NCBI RefSeq assembly: GCF_000143415.4
Contig: NW_003314481.1
Location: 18,554-53,752, forward strand
Direction: 5' to 3'
Length of the DNA: 35,199 nt
From: Selaginella moellendorffii
Lineage: Eukaryota; Plantae; Lycopodiophyta
The notes beneath the pieces are model-generated. The model did not search any database, was not told the origin of the DNA, and saw nothing but the letters and a program-made list of their open reading frames with translations. Within the stretch, counting starts at the first letter, position 1. Each line of letters starts with the position of its first letter. This document shows positions 10,601 through 18,748 of the stretch, piece after piece. The position numbers and the translations under genes were made by a program.

Positions 10601-12062
10601 ACTAGTTGGAGTGGTAGATCCGGATCCACAGAAATCGTCCCGGCGCTTCCAAGTTTTCGGGCCAGGGAAGTGGCGGGACGTGAAGTGGGATCTACTGAAG
10701 CTACTGCGGGCTGTGACAGAGGCACGGACAGTGGATAAATGGCCAGCAAGAAGACTACACGCTGGGGACTTTGTGGCAATTCAAAGGGAGGAAACGTCGG
10801 ACGGCGAGCAAGTACCACTTGGGAAATGGACTCGGGCATTCACGATGCCAACCCCAGCGTGGAATGAGGGGGAGATTGAGGTGTGGTTTGTGACAGACCC
10901 AGACCAGAACCTCGGTAGGCCTTTTCGTGTAGTGAGAGGCGACACACTCCTCGAGGTGGGGAATCCCCAACAGATGCCGCAGGTCACGGACGATGAAGTG
11001 AAAGGACGAATCCAGGTTCTAAGACAGACAGCAACTCGGACAGAAGTGGTAGAGTCACCATGCTGGCTAGAAGGAGAGGGACGGCTAATATGGTGGAGGA
11101 AAGAGTTAATAGAAGACCTGGACTGGGACCCAGCAGCGTGGAGACGCGGGGCAAACAGCTTCTTCACTTACGAGGTCAAGGATGCGCGGAACGGTTTGAT
11201 GGTGAACAGGGAATTTGAGAGAGAAGAAATCCCACGACTGTGGCAAAAGTGGATCGCGCTAGGAGTGGAGGCGGACCAGGTGATTGACAATACCGTGGCA
11301 TTCTGGAAACTACCGATCCAGGAAAAATCAAAGGTAACCTCTTGGCTCGTGGCGACGAATGGGCTGCCAGTAGGCCAGCGATTTCAAGCGGAGAATGCTC
11401 GCAAGTGTCCGGAATGCGGGGAACTGGAGACGGTCACACACCTCCTCTGGGATTGTGACGTGGCCAAGGAGACGTGGCGGCAGGTAGCAAAAGCGACGAG
11501 GGAACTAGGGGACAAGCAGGAGTTCGAAATTCGAGAAGGGGATGTCACCCAATGGTTTCTAGAGGCAAGGGGACCAAGCACAGGAGCAGCTTGGCGGAAG
11601 ATCGGGTGCTGGGGACGCTCAGGATGGGGCACCCGAGTTAGGTGGGACGCGGTAGGCGCCGAAGTTGGGACTACAGTGTGGGAGGCCCTTGGACGGGCGA
11701 GATGGGAGGTATGGCGGGCTTCCGGGGTACAGGCACTCTGGGAGGCTCGGAACCACAACCACTTTGAAGGGCAGTGCGCTCGGATTTCAGCGATCATGGC
11801 GAACTGGTGGAGGCTCACACTAGCTGCTATCCGCTTGAGGGATACGCTGCTCCAGGAGCATGGGAAAAACAGGGAGGCACTCACAGCTTGGCGACGACTA
11901 TGGACTCCGTGCTACGGTACTGAACACGAGGGGGAGGTCAAGTGGAAATGGAGACCTTCGGACACGGTAACAAAGGAGGCTCGACGTGGCGATCTGGCAC
12001 TGGATGCACTGCGGAGGCGACGACCACAGCAGCCACGATTGGAGGGCAGCGATCACTATTAG
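7644..12062 (+). CDS. LINE ORF2: APE endonuclease + reverse transcriptase + CCHC zinc finger
   Basis: EN motifs LCIQEHK, NVYAP, GDFN, SRLDR, SDH. RT motifs PGIDG, WRPITMLN, QTGF, LDFEKAYDRV, VRQGCPLAP, FADD, YLG. C-terminal CPEC..ETVTHLLWDC. The first EN motif (S/TxNxxG) is missing and there is an in-frame stop at 7638. Confidence 0.93.
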   Translation: MPKRGGIDFLCIQEHKMDAEPDYNFGMRGKTWWNAAVAARSRLGGGTAIVVSTRWSAQARDHEVLVPGRAQLLVLSLHFGRVGILNVYAPTNRQARTLFWEELRVKARGRAEHWLVIGDFNMVENTEDRRGGQETIQGREQLQWLALAEQLDLVDLQHEEGFAPHAHPYTRRESTSCQSRLDRIYASPRVRKDGGSLKTWPCFPSFSDHDPVRCTIKLQKDKGKAVQRAISIHTLADAQAVAQVSRILEGSELVLTTVLQGCSDQLRERQRAIKGEVMKELRLARQKVAAAQRMVLTAKDAGRWQAALDQREAELQEREFAAWSSGVRTQEDSWAVNERLLNRAFYRGIRPVSDSPPILGLKAEDGKLVEDQQGMQELAQRFYEQLYTAQPGTTARAQAAKKVLKTLKHRVPQEWNKQLVADLTIEDLRKALDRLSDDKMPGIDGLPPSFFQSNWEVIGPLMMEAWTKAQQAGQLPAEILEGQIALLPKRGDLQELRNWRPITMLNTAYKIYAKAMALKLQPVMPIIIREQQTGFVPGRQIAENIWTYLLAQRWAKSSRQNVVAWLLDFEKAYDRVDWDFLEDCMGRIGIPAPMVTRIALLYRGASSRVVINGETGPRFRLGRSVRQGCPLAPYLFLMVAEALGAFLAEGEGIRGVELPKERQQLPGTQTVGRDLLDSAFADDTALFLLGTKANLDTARARLEAFNAAAGAAINWNKSIGINWGESDIEAWGRDIDFQWLPPGEDTRYLGIQVGGEFKASTQDSALLRRTRTAIQKWAPRKLGLPARVVVAKSIVLPSTWYHLSVWPVLETTLKHIRSMVRMYVWKGALVSGRTMAKVAWQSTARPRVLGGLGIIDPSDMSKALRYKVILMGLQPGAQVWKLLFRQSMLAIRPKHGFARVWDEDPRWMFAEGQTQVVGGGQLVQGLHRLWKSFPVTQVIPNRAEDWLNQPLFFNELFKAGDRTLGRENHYTIWRRVHQGGFRTVKQLVGVVDPDPQKSSRRFQVFGPGKWRDVKWDLLKLLRAVTEARTVDKWPARRLHAGDFVAIQREETSDGEQVPLGKWTRAFTMPTPAWNEGEIEVWFVTDPDQNLGRPFRVVRGDTLLEVGNPQQMPQVTDDEVKGRIQVLRQTATRTEVVESPCWLEGEGRLIWWRKELIEDLDWDPAAWRRGANSFFTYEVKDARNGLMVNREFEREEIPRLWQKWIALGVEADQVIDNTVAFWKLPIQEKSKVTSWLVATNGLPVGQRFQAENARKCPECGELETVTHLLWDCDVAKETWRQVAKATRELGDKQEFEIREGDVTQWFLEARGPSTGAAWRKIGCWGRSGWGTRVRWDAVGAEVGTTVWEALGRARWEVWRASGVQALWEARNHNHFEGQCARISAIMANWWRLTLAAIRLRDTLLQEHGKNREALTAWRRLWTPCYGTEHEGEVKWKWRPSDTVTKEARRGDLALDALRRRRPQQPRLEGSDHY

Positions 12063-12182
12063 GTGGAGAATTGCAGGACAGCGTAGTTGAGTGAACAGCA
12101 CTAAGGGATTCTTGCTTTTTGTATCAGTCCCTAAGGGACTTGGAGAAATGTACATACACGTTGCATCGACCCAGGGACCTAT
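7644..12182 (+). mobile_element. L1/Tx1-type non-LTR retrotransposon, copy 1 (5'-truncated at the start of the endonuclease; no ORF1)
   Basis: APE-RT-zinc finger ORF followed by a 120-bp 3' UTR; no poly(A). Confidence 0.92.
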
Positions 12183-14896
12183 TCGAGAAGGCGTACGACC
12201 GGGTGGACTGGGACTTCCTGGAGGACTGCATGGGACGGATAGGAATCCCAGCGCCCATGGTAACACGCATCGCTCTCCTGTACCGGGGAGCATCAAGCAG
12301 GGTGGTCATCAATGGAGAAACAGGCCCGCGGTTTCGGCTAGGGAGGTCGGTGCGTCAAGGCTGCCCGTTGGCTCCGTACCTCTTCCTCATGGTTGCGGAG
12401 GCTCTAGGGGCGTTCCTGGCGGAGGGTGAAGGAATCAGGGGCGTGGAGTTACCCAAGGAAAGACAGCAACTCCCAGGAACTCAAACGGTGGGAAGGGACC
12501 TGCTCGACAGCGCGTTCGCGGATGATACAGCACTCTTTCTGCTAGGTACCAAGGCTAACCTGGACACTGCAAGGGCCAGGCTAGAGGCCTTCAATGCAGC
12601 AGCAGGAGCGGCCATCAACTGGAACAAGTCGATAGGAATCAACTGGGGGGAATCTGACATAGAGGCGTGGGGACGCGACATCGACTTCCAGTGGCTACCA
12701 CCAGGGGAGGACACACGCTACCTGGGAATTCAGGTAGGAGGTGAGTTCAAAGCTTCTACGCAGGACTCAGCGCTGCTGCAGAGGACCAGAACTGCGATTC
12801 AGAAATGGGCGCCACGGAAACTGGGACTGCCGGCAAGGGTGGTGGTGGCGAAAAGCATTGTGTTGCCGAGTACGTGGTACCACCTCTCAGTATGGCCGGT
12901 TCTAGAGACAACACTCAAGCACATAAGGTCCATGGTGCGCATGTATGTGTGGAAGGGAGCGCTGGTCAGTGGCCGGACGATGGCCAAGGTGGCATGGCAG
13001 TCGACGGCGAGACCACGAGTTCTAGGCGGCTTGGGGATAATCGACCCAAGTGACATGAGCAAGGCGCTGAGGTACAAAGTCATATTAATGGGCCTTCAAC
13101 CGGGGGCCCAAGTTTGGAAGCTCTTGTTCAGGCAGAGCATGCTAGCCATTAGGCCGAAGCACGGATTCGCAAGAGTGTGGGATGAGGACCCCCGCTGGAT
13201 GTTTGCGGAGGGCCAAACACAGGTGGTAGGGGGAGGCCAGTTGGTCCAGGGTCTCCATCGGCTCTGGAAGTCATTTCCAGTGACGCAGGTCATCCCAAAC
13301 AGGGCAGAGGACTGGCTGAACCAGCCGCTTTTTTTCAATGAGTTGTTCAAGGCAGGAGACAGGACACTAGGTCGAGAGAACCACTACACCATATGGAGGC
13401 GGGTACACCAAGGAGGCTTCAGGACAGTCAAACAACTAGTTGGAGTGGTAGATCCGGATCCACAGAAATCGTCCCGGCGCTTCCAAGTTTTCGGGCCAGG
13501 GAAGTGGCGGGACGTGAAGTGGGATCTACTGAAGCTACTGCGGGCTGTGACAGAGGCACGGACAGTGGATAAATGGCCAGCAAGAAGACTACACGCTGGG
13601 GACTTTGTGGCAATTCAAAGGGAGGAAACGTCGGACGGCGAGCAAGTACCACTTGGGAAATGGACTCGGGCATTCACGATGCCAACCCCAGCGTGGAATG
13701 AGGGGGAGATTGAGGTGTGGTTTGTGACAGACCCAGACCAGAACCTCGGTAGGCCTTTTCGTGTAGTGAGAGGCGACACACTCCTCGAGGTGGGGAATCC
13801 CCAACAGATGCCGCAGGTCACGGACGATGAAGTGAAAGGACGAATCCAGGTTCTAAGACAGACAGCAACTCGGACAGAAGTGGTAGAGTCACCATGCTGG
13901 CTAGAAGGAGAGGGACGGCTAATATGGTGGAGGAAAGAGTTAATAGAAGACCTGGACTGGGACCCAGCAGCGTGGAGACGCGGGGCGAACAGCTTCTTCA
14001 CTTACGAGGTCAAGGATGCGCGGAACGGTTTGATGGTGAACAGGGAATTTGAGAGAGAAGAAATCCCACGACTGTGGCAAAAGTGGATCGCGCTAGGAGT
14101 GGAGGCGGACCAGGTGATTGACAATACCGTGGCATTCTGGAAACTACCGATCCAGGAAAAATCAAAGGTAACCTCTTGGCTCGTGGCGACGAATGGGCTG
14201 CCAGTAGGCCAGCGATTTCAAGCGGAGAATGCTCGCAAGTGTCCGGAATGCGGGGAACTGGAGACGGTCACACACCTCCTCTGGGATTGTGACGTGGCCA
14301 AGGAGACGTGGCGGCAGGTAGCAAAAGCGACGAGGGAACTAGGGGACAAGCAGGAGTTCGAAATTCGAGAAGGGGATGTCACCCAATGGTTTCTAGAGGC
14401 AAGGGGACCAAGCACAGGAGCAGCTTGGCGGAAGATCGGGTGCTGGGGACGCTCAGGATGGGGCACCCGAGTTAGGTGGGACGCGGTAGGCGCCGAAGTT
14501 GGGACTACAGTGTGGGAGGCCCTTGGACGGGCGAGATGGGAGGTATGGCGGGCTTCCGGGGTACAGGCACTCTGGGAGGCTCGGAACCACAACCACTTTG
14601 AAGGGCAGTGCGCTCGGATTTCAGCGATCATGGCGAACTGGTGGAGGCTCACACTAGCTGCTATCCGCTTGAGGGATACGCTGCTCCAGGAGCATGGGAA
14701 AAACAGGGAGGCACTCACAGCTTGGCGACGACTATGGACTCCGTGCTACGGTACTGAACACGAGGGGGAGGTCAAGTGGAAATGGAGACCTTCGGACACG
14801 GTAACAAAGGAGGCTCGACGTGGCGATCTGGCACTGGATGCACTGCGGAGGCGACGACCACAGCAGCCACGATTGGAGGGCAGCGATCACTATTAG
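12119..14896 (+). CDS. N-terminally truncated LINE RT/zinc-finger ORF (copy 2)
   Basis: Nearly identical to ORF2 from FEKAYDRV onward. The first ~21 codons come from the upstream 3' UTR. Probably non-functional. Confidence 0.6.
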   Translation: MYQSLRDLEKCTYTLHRPRDLFEKAYDRVDWDFLEDCMGRIGIPAPMVTRIALLYRGASSRVVINGETGPRFRLGRSVRQGCPLAPYLFLMVAEALGAFLAEGEGIRGVELPKERQQLPGTQTVGRDLLDSAFADDTALFLLGTKANLDTARARLEAFNAAAGAAINWNKSIGINWGESDIEAWGRDIDFQWLPPGEDTRYLGIQVGGEFKASTQDSALLQRTRTAIQKWAPRKLGLPARVVVAKSIVLPSTWYHLSVWPVLETTLKHIRSMVRMYVWKGALVSGRTMAKVAWQSTARPRVLGGLGIIDPSDMSKALRYKVILMGLQPGAQVWKLLFRQSMLAIRPKHGFARVWDEDPRWMFAEGQTQVVGGGQLVQGLHRLWKSFPVTQVIPNRAEDWLNQPLFFNELFKAGDRTLGRENHYTIWRRVHQGGFRTVKQLVGVVDPDPQKSSRRFQVFGPGKWRDVKWDLLKLLRAVTEARTVDKWPARRLHAGDFVAIQREETSDGEQVPLGKWTRAFTMPTPAWNEGEIEVWFVTDPDQNLGRPFRVVRGDTLLEVGNPQQMPQVTDDEVKGRIQVLRQTATRTEVVESPCWLEGEGRLIWWRKELIEDLDWDPAAWRRGANSFFTYEVKDARNGLMVNREFEREEIPRLWQKWIALGVEADQVIDNTVAFWKLPIQEKSKVTSWLVATNGLPVGQRFQAENARKCPECGELETVTHLLWDCDVAKETWRQVAKATRELGDKQEFEIREGDVTQWFLEARGPSTGAAWRKIGCWGRSGWGTRVRWDAVGAEVGTTVWEALGRARWEVWRASGVQALWEARNHNHFEGQCARISAIMANWWRLTLAAIRLRDTLLQEHGKNREALTAWRRLWTPCYGTEHEGEVKWKWRPSDTVTKEARRGDLALDALRRRRPQQPRLEGSDHY

Positions 14897-15016
14897 GTGG
14901 AGAATTGCAGGACAGCGTAGTTGAGTGAACAGCACTAAGGGATTCTTGCTTTTTGTATCAGTCCCTAAGGGACTTGGAGAAATGTACATACACGTTGCAT
15001 CGACCCAGGGACCTAT
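12183..15016 (+). mobile_element. LINE copy 2 (2834 bp, starts inside RT at the equivalent of 9349)
   Basis: Near-identical direct repeat of 9349-12182; ORF 12119-14896 remains open. Confidence 0.93.
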
Positions 15017-17786
15017 GGCACAAAGATGGGCAAAATCCTCGAGGCAGAATGTGGTGGCGTGGCTACTGGATTTCGAGAAGGCGTACGACCGGGTGGACTG
15101 GGACTTCCTGGAGGACTGTATGGGATGGATAGGAATCCCAGTGCCCATGGTAACACGCATCGCTCTCCTGTACCGGGGAGCATCAAGCAGGGTGGTCATC
15201 AATGGAGAAACAGGCCCGCGGTTTCGGCTAGGGAGGTCGGTGCATCAAGGCTGCCCGTTGGCTCCGTACCTCTTCCTCATGGTTGCGGAGGCTCTAGGGG
15301 CGTTCCTGGCGGAGGGTGAAGGAATCAGGGGCGTGGAGTTACCCAAGGAAAGACAGCAACTCCCAGGAACTCAAACGGTGGGAAGGGACCTGCTCGACAG
15401 CGCGTTCGCGGATGATACAGCACTCTTTCTGCTAGGTACCAAGGCTAACCTGGACACTGCAAGGGCCAGGCTAGAGGCCTTCAATGCAGCAGCAGGAGCG
15501 GCCATCAACTGGAACAAGTCGATAGGAATCAACTGGGGGGAATCTGACATAGAGGCGTGGGGACGCGACATCGACTTTCAGTGGCTACCACCAGGGGAGG
15601 ACACACGCTACCTGGGAATTCAGGTAGGAGGTGAGTTCAAAGCTTCTACGCAGGACTCAGCGCTGCTGCGGAGGACCAGAACTGCGATTCAGAAATGGGC
15701 GCCACGGAAACTGGGACTGCCGGCAAGGGTGGTGGTGGCGAAAAGCATTGTGTTGCCGAGTACGTGGTACCACCTCTCAGTATGGCCGGTTCTAGAGACA
15801 ACACTCAAGCACATAAGGTCCATGGTGCGCATGTATGTGTGGAAGGGAGCGCTGGTCAGTGGCCGGACGATGGCCAAGGTGGCATGGCAGTCGACGGCGA
15901 GACCACGAGTTCTAGGCGGCTTGGGGATAATCGACCCAAGTGACATGAGCAAGGCGCTGAGGTACAAAGTCATATTAATGGGCCTTCAACCGGGGGCCCA
16001 AGTTTGGAAGCTCTTGTTCAGGCAGAGCATGCTAGCCATTAGGCCGAAGCACGGATTCGCAAGAGTGTGGGATGAGGACCCCCGCTGGATGTTTGCGGAG
16101 GGCCAAACACAGGTGGTAGGGGGAGGCCAGTTGGTCCAGGGTCTCCATCGGCTCTGGAAGTCATTTCCAGTGACGCAGGTCATCCCAAACAGGGCAGAGG
16201 ACTGGCTGAACCAGCCGCTATTTTTCAATGAGTTGTTCAAGGCAGGAGACAGGACACTAGGTCGAGAGAACCACTACACCATATGGAGGCGGGTACACCA
16301 AGGAGGCTTCAGGACAGTCAAACAACTAGTTGGAGTGGTAGATCCGGATCCACAGAAATCGTCCCGGCGCTTCCAAGTTTTCGGGCCAGGGAAGTGGCGG
16401 GACGTGAAGTGGGATCTACTGAAGCTACTGCGGGCTGTGACAGAGGCACAGACAGTGGATAAATGGCCAGCAAGAAGACTACACGCTGGGGACTTTGTGG
16501 CAATTCAAAGGGAGGAAACGTCGGACGGCGAGCAAGTACCACTTGGGAAATGGACTCGGGCATTCACGATGCCAACCCCAGCGTGGAATGAGGGGGAGAT
16601 TGAGGTGTGGTTTGTGACAGACCCAGACCAGAACCTCGGTAGGCCTTTTCGTGTAGTGAGAGGCGACACACTCCTCGAGGTGGGGAATCCCCAACAGATG
16701 CCGCAGGTCACGGACGATGAAGTGAAAGGACGAATCCGGGTTCTAAGACAGACAGCAACTCGGACAGAAGTGGTAGAGTCACCATGCTGGCTAGAAGGAG
16801 AGGGACGGCTAATATGGTGGAGGAAAGAGTTAATAGAAGACCTGGACTGGGACCCAGCAGCGTGGAGACGCGGGGCGAACAGCTTCTTCACTTACGAGGT
16901 CAAGGATGCGCGGAACGGTTTGATGGTGAACAGGGAATTTGAGAGAGAAGAAATCCCACGACTGTGGCAAAAGTGGATCGCGCTAGGAGTGGAGGCGGAC
17001 CAGGTGATTGACAATACCGTGGCGTTCTGGAAACTACCGATCCAGGAAAAATCAAAGGTAACCTCTTGGCTCGTGGCGACGAATGGGCTGCCAGTAGGCC
17101 AGCGATTTCAAGCGGAGAATGCTCGCAAGTGTCCGGAATGCAGGGAACTGGAGACGGTCACACACCTCCTCTGGGATTGTGACGTGGCCAAGGAGACGTG
17201 GCGGCAGGTAGCAAAAGCGACGAGGGAACTAGGGGACAAGCAGGAGTTCGAAATTCGAGAAGGGGATGTCACCCAATGGTTTCTAGAGGCAAGGGGACCA
17301 AGCACAGGAGCAGCTTGGCGGAAGATCGGGTGTTGGGGACGCTCAGGATGGGGCACCCGAGTTAGGTGGGACGCGGTAGGCGCCGAAGTTGGGACTACAG
17401 TGTGGGAGGCCCTTGGACGGGCGAGATGGGAGGTATGGCGGGCTTCCGGGGTACAGGCACTCTGGGAGGCTCGGAACCACAACCACTTTGAAGGGCAGTG
17501 CGCTCGGATTTCAGCGATCATGGCGAACTGGTGGAGGCTCACACTAGCTGCTATCCGCTTGAGGGATACGCTGCTCCAGGAGCATGGGAAAAACAGGGAG
17601 GCACTCACAGCTTGGCGACGACTATGGACTCCGTGCTACGGTACTGAACACGAGGGGGAGGTCAAGTGGAAATGGAGACCTTCGGACACGGTAACAAAGG
17701 AGGCTCGACGTGGCGATCTGGCACTGGATGCACTGCGGAGGCGACGACCACTGCAGCCACGATTGGAGGGCAGCGATCACTATTAG
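14925..17786 (+). CDS. N-terminally truncated LINE RT/zinc-finger ORF (copy 3)
   Basis: Open frame. The junction creates an in-frame ATG at 15015 (MAQRWAKSS...). Lacks EN and the N-terminal RT motifs. Confidence 0.6.
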   Translation: MNSTKGFLLFVSVPKGLGEMYIHVASTQGPMAQRWAKSSRQNVVAWLLDFEKAYDRVDWDFLEDCMGWIGIPVPMVTRIALLYRGASSRVVINGETGPRFRLGRSVHQGCPLAPYLFLMVAEALGAFLAEGEGIRGVELPKERQQLPGTQTVGRDLLDSAFADDTALFLLGTKANLDTARARLEAFNAAAGAAINWNKSIGINWGESDIEAWGRDIDFQWLPPGEDTRYLGIQVGGEFKASTQDSALLRRTRTAIQKWAPRKLGLPARVVVAKSIVLPSTWYHLSVWPVLETTLKHIRSMVRMYVWKGALVSGRTMAKVAWQSTARPRVLGGLGIIDPSDMSKALRYKVILMGLQPGAQVWKLLFRQSMLAIRPKHGFARVWDEDPRWMFAEGQTQVVGGGQLVQGLHRLWKSFPVTQVIPNRAEDWLNQPLFFNELFKAGDRTLGRENHYTIWRRVHQGGFRTVKQLVGVVDPDPQKSSRRFQVFGPGKWRDVKWDLLKLLRAVTEAQTVDKWPARRLHAGDFVAIQREETSDGEQVPLGKWTRAFTMPTPAWNEGEIEVWFVTDPDQNLGRPFRVVRGDTLLEVGNPQQMPQVTDDEVKGRIRVLRQTATRTEVVESPCWLEGEGRLIWWRKELIEDLDWDPAAWRRGANSFFTYEVKDARNGLMVNREFEREEIPRLWQKWIALGVEADQVIDNTVAFWKLPIQEKSKVTSWLVATNGLPVGQRFQAENARKCPECRELETVTHLLWDCDVAKETWRQVAKATRELGDKQEFEIREGDVTQWFLEARGPSTGAAWRKIGCWGRSGWGTRVRWDAVGAEVGTTVWEALGRARWEVWRASGVQALWEARNHNHFEGQCARISAIMANWWRLTLAAIRLRDTLLQEHGKNREALTAWRRLWTPCYGTEHEGEVKWKWRPSDTVTKEARRGDLALDALRRRRPLQPRLEGSDHY

Positions 17787-17906
17787 GTGGAGAATTGCAG
17801 GACAGCGTAGTTGAGTGAACAGCACTAAGGGATTCTTGCTTTTTGTATCAGTCCCTAAGGGACTTGGAGAAATGTACATACACGTTGCATCGACCCAGGG
17901 ACCTAT
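15017..17906 (+). mobile_element. LINE copy 3 (2890 bp, starts at the equivalent of 9293)
   Basis: Near-identical direct repeat, followed by 11 bp of a fourth unit (GGCACAAAGAT) and then telomeric repeats. Confidence 0.93.
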
Positions 17907-17916
17907 GGCACAAAGA

Positions 17917-18032
17917 TTTAGGGTTTAGGGTTTAGGGTTCAGGGTTTAGGGTTTAGGGTTTAGGGTTTAGGGTTTAGGGTTAGGGTTTAGGGTTTAGGGT
18001 TTAGGGTTTAGGGTTTAGGGTTTAGGGTTTAG
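17917..18032 (+). repeat. Telomeric (TTTAGGG)n tract capping the LINE array
   Basis: About 16 repeats with occasional TTCAGGG/TTAGGG variants. Confidence 0.97.
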
Positions 18033-18152
18033 CAAGAAAACGGAAAAGGCCCTGCCTCCAGAGAGGAGGAGAGGGCAGGGCAGACCTTGAGCCGTAGACT
18101 GGCAAGCTCAGAAACAGCGCCTGCGCTAGCGTGCTTACTCACGTGCAGAAAC
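18031..18152 (-). mobile_element. Isolated fragment of the PLE 5' UTR between telomeric tracts
   Basis: Matches ~24679-24790 (GCAAGAAAA..GGCCCTGCCTCCAGAGAGGAGGAGAGGGCAGGGCAGACCTTGAGCCGTAGACTGGCAAGCTCAGAAACAGC) and diverges at its distal end. Confidence 0.88.
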
Positions 18153-18153
18153 C

Positions 18154-18270
18154 GGTTTAGGGTTTAGGCTTTAGGGTTTTAGGGTTTAGGGTTTAGGGTT
18201 TAGGGTTTAGGGTTTTAGGGTTTAGGGTTTAGGGTTTAGGGGTTTAGGGTTTAGGGTTTAGGGTTTTAGG
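18154..18270 (+). repeat. Telomeric tract with variant repeats
   Basis: TTTAGGG with TTTTAGGG, TTTAGGGG and TTTAGGC variants. Confidence 0.95.
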
Positions 18271-18352
18271 CGCGTGTAGGCGTTTAGGGTCAAAGACACC
18301 CCGTGGTGTTGCAATCCGGCGAGATTGCGGCACCACTTTGTGCAATCCACAT
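18265..18352 (-). mobile_element. Aborted PLE insertion (3'-terminal ~88 nt only)
   Basis: Copy of 18465-18552 with two substitutions, followed by inverted CCCTAAA repeats. Confidence 0.9.
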
Positions 18353-18460
18353 CCCTAAAACCCTAAACCCTAAACCGGTTTAGGGTTTCCGGTTTTTAGG
18401 GTTTAGGGTTTAGGGTTTAGGGTTTAGGGTTTAGGGTTTAGGGTTTAGGGTTTAGGGTTT
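18353..18460. repeat. Inverted (CCCTAAA)3 then (TTTAGGG)n, palindromic at 18376/18377
   Basis: CCCTAAAACCCTAAACCCTAAACC|GGTTTAGGG... Confidence 0.92.
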
Positions 18461-18649
18461 AGGATTTAGGCGCGTTTAGGCGTTTAGGGTCAAAGACACC
18501 CCGTGGTGTTGCAATCCGGCGAGATCGCGGCACCACTTTGTGCAATCCACATTCTCCGTGTGCCGTTGTCGAAACGGCGTGATTGAGAGCAAGTAGAGGA
18601 GGCAAAGGAATGAATTTTCATTCATTCGTGAGCGAGGGAGAGGACAAGA

Positions 18650-18702
18650 GACAACCCGAGACCGGTTTCGTCCTTTTTGGGACTCATCAGCCGGGTGTAG
18701 TC
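18650..18702 (-). ncRNA. Minimal type I hammerhead ribozyme
   Basis: Minus strand GACTACACCCGG CTGATGA GTCC CAAAAA GGAC GAAA CCG GTC TCGGGTTGTC. Predicted GUC cleavage between 18660 and 18659. Confidence 0.93.
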
Positions 18703-18737
18703 GTCTAGTGTCTACCCTAACCCTAGCTCGGTGCCGA

Positions 18738-18748
18738 CTCTACTTATA
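18738..18748 (-). promoter_or_regulatory. Candidate TATA box in the PLE 3' UTR (pseudo-LTR promoter)
   Basis: TATAAGTAGAG lies 46 nt before the ribozyme. The old family has TATAAATAGAG (6648-6658) 45 nt before its ribozyme. Confidence 0.55.

Noticed and set aside
12127-12140. Resemblance of GTCCCTAAGGGAC to the 5' hairpin of plant U6 snRNA
   Set aside because: No downstream U6 sequence (no ACAGAGAAGATTAGC).
8195-17879. Many short antisense and alternate-frame ORFs over the LINE copies
   Set aside because: Shadow ORFs of GC-rich coding DNA, repeated only because the DNA is repeated; no motifs.
17917-18470. CRISPR-like repeat/spacer pattern
   Set aside because: The repeats are eukaryotic telomeric heptamers, the inserts are PLE fragments, and there are no cas genes.
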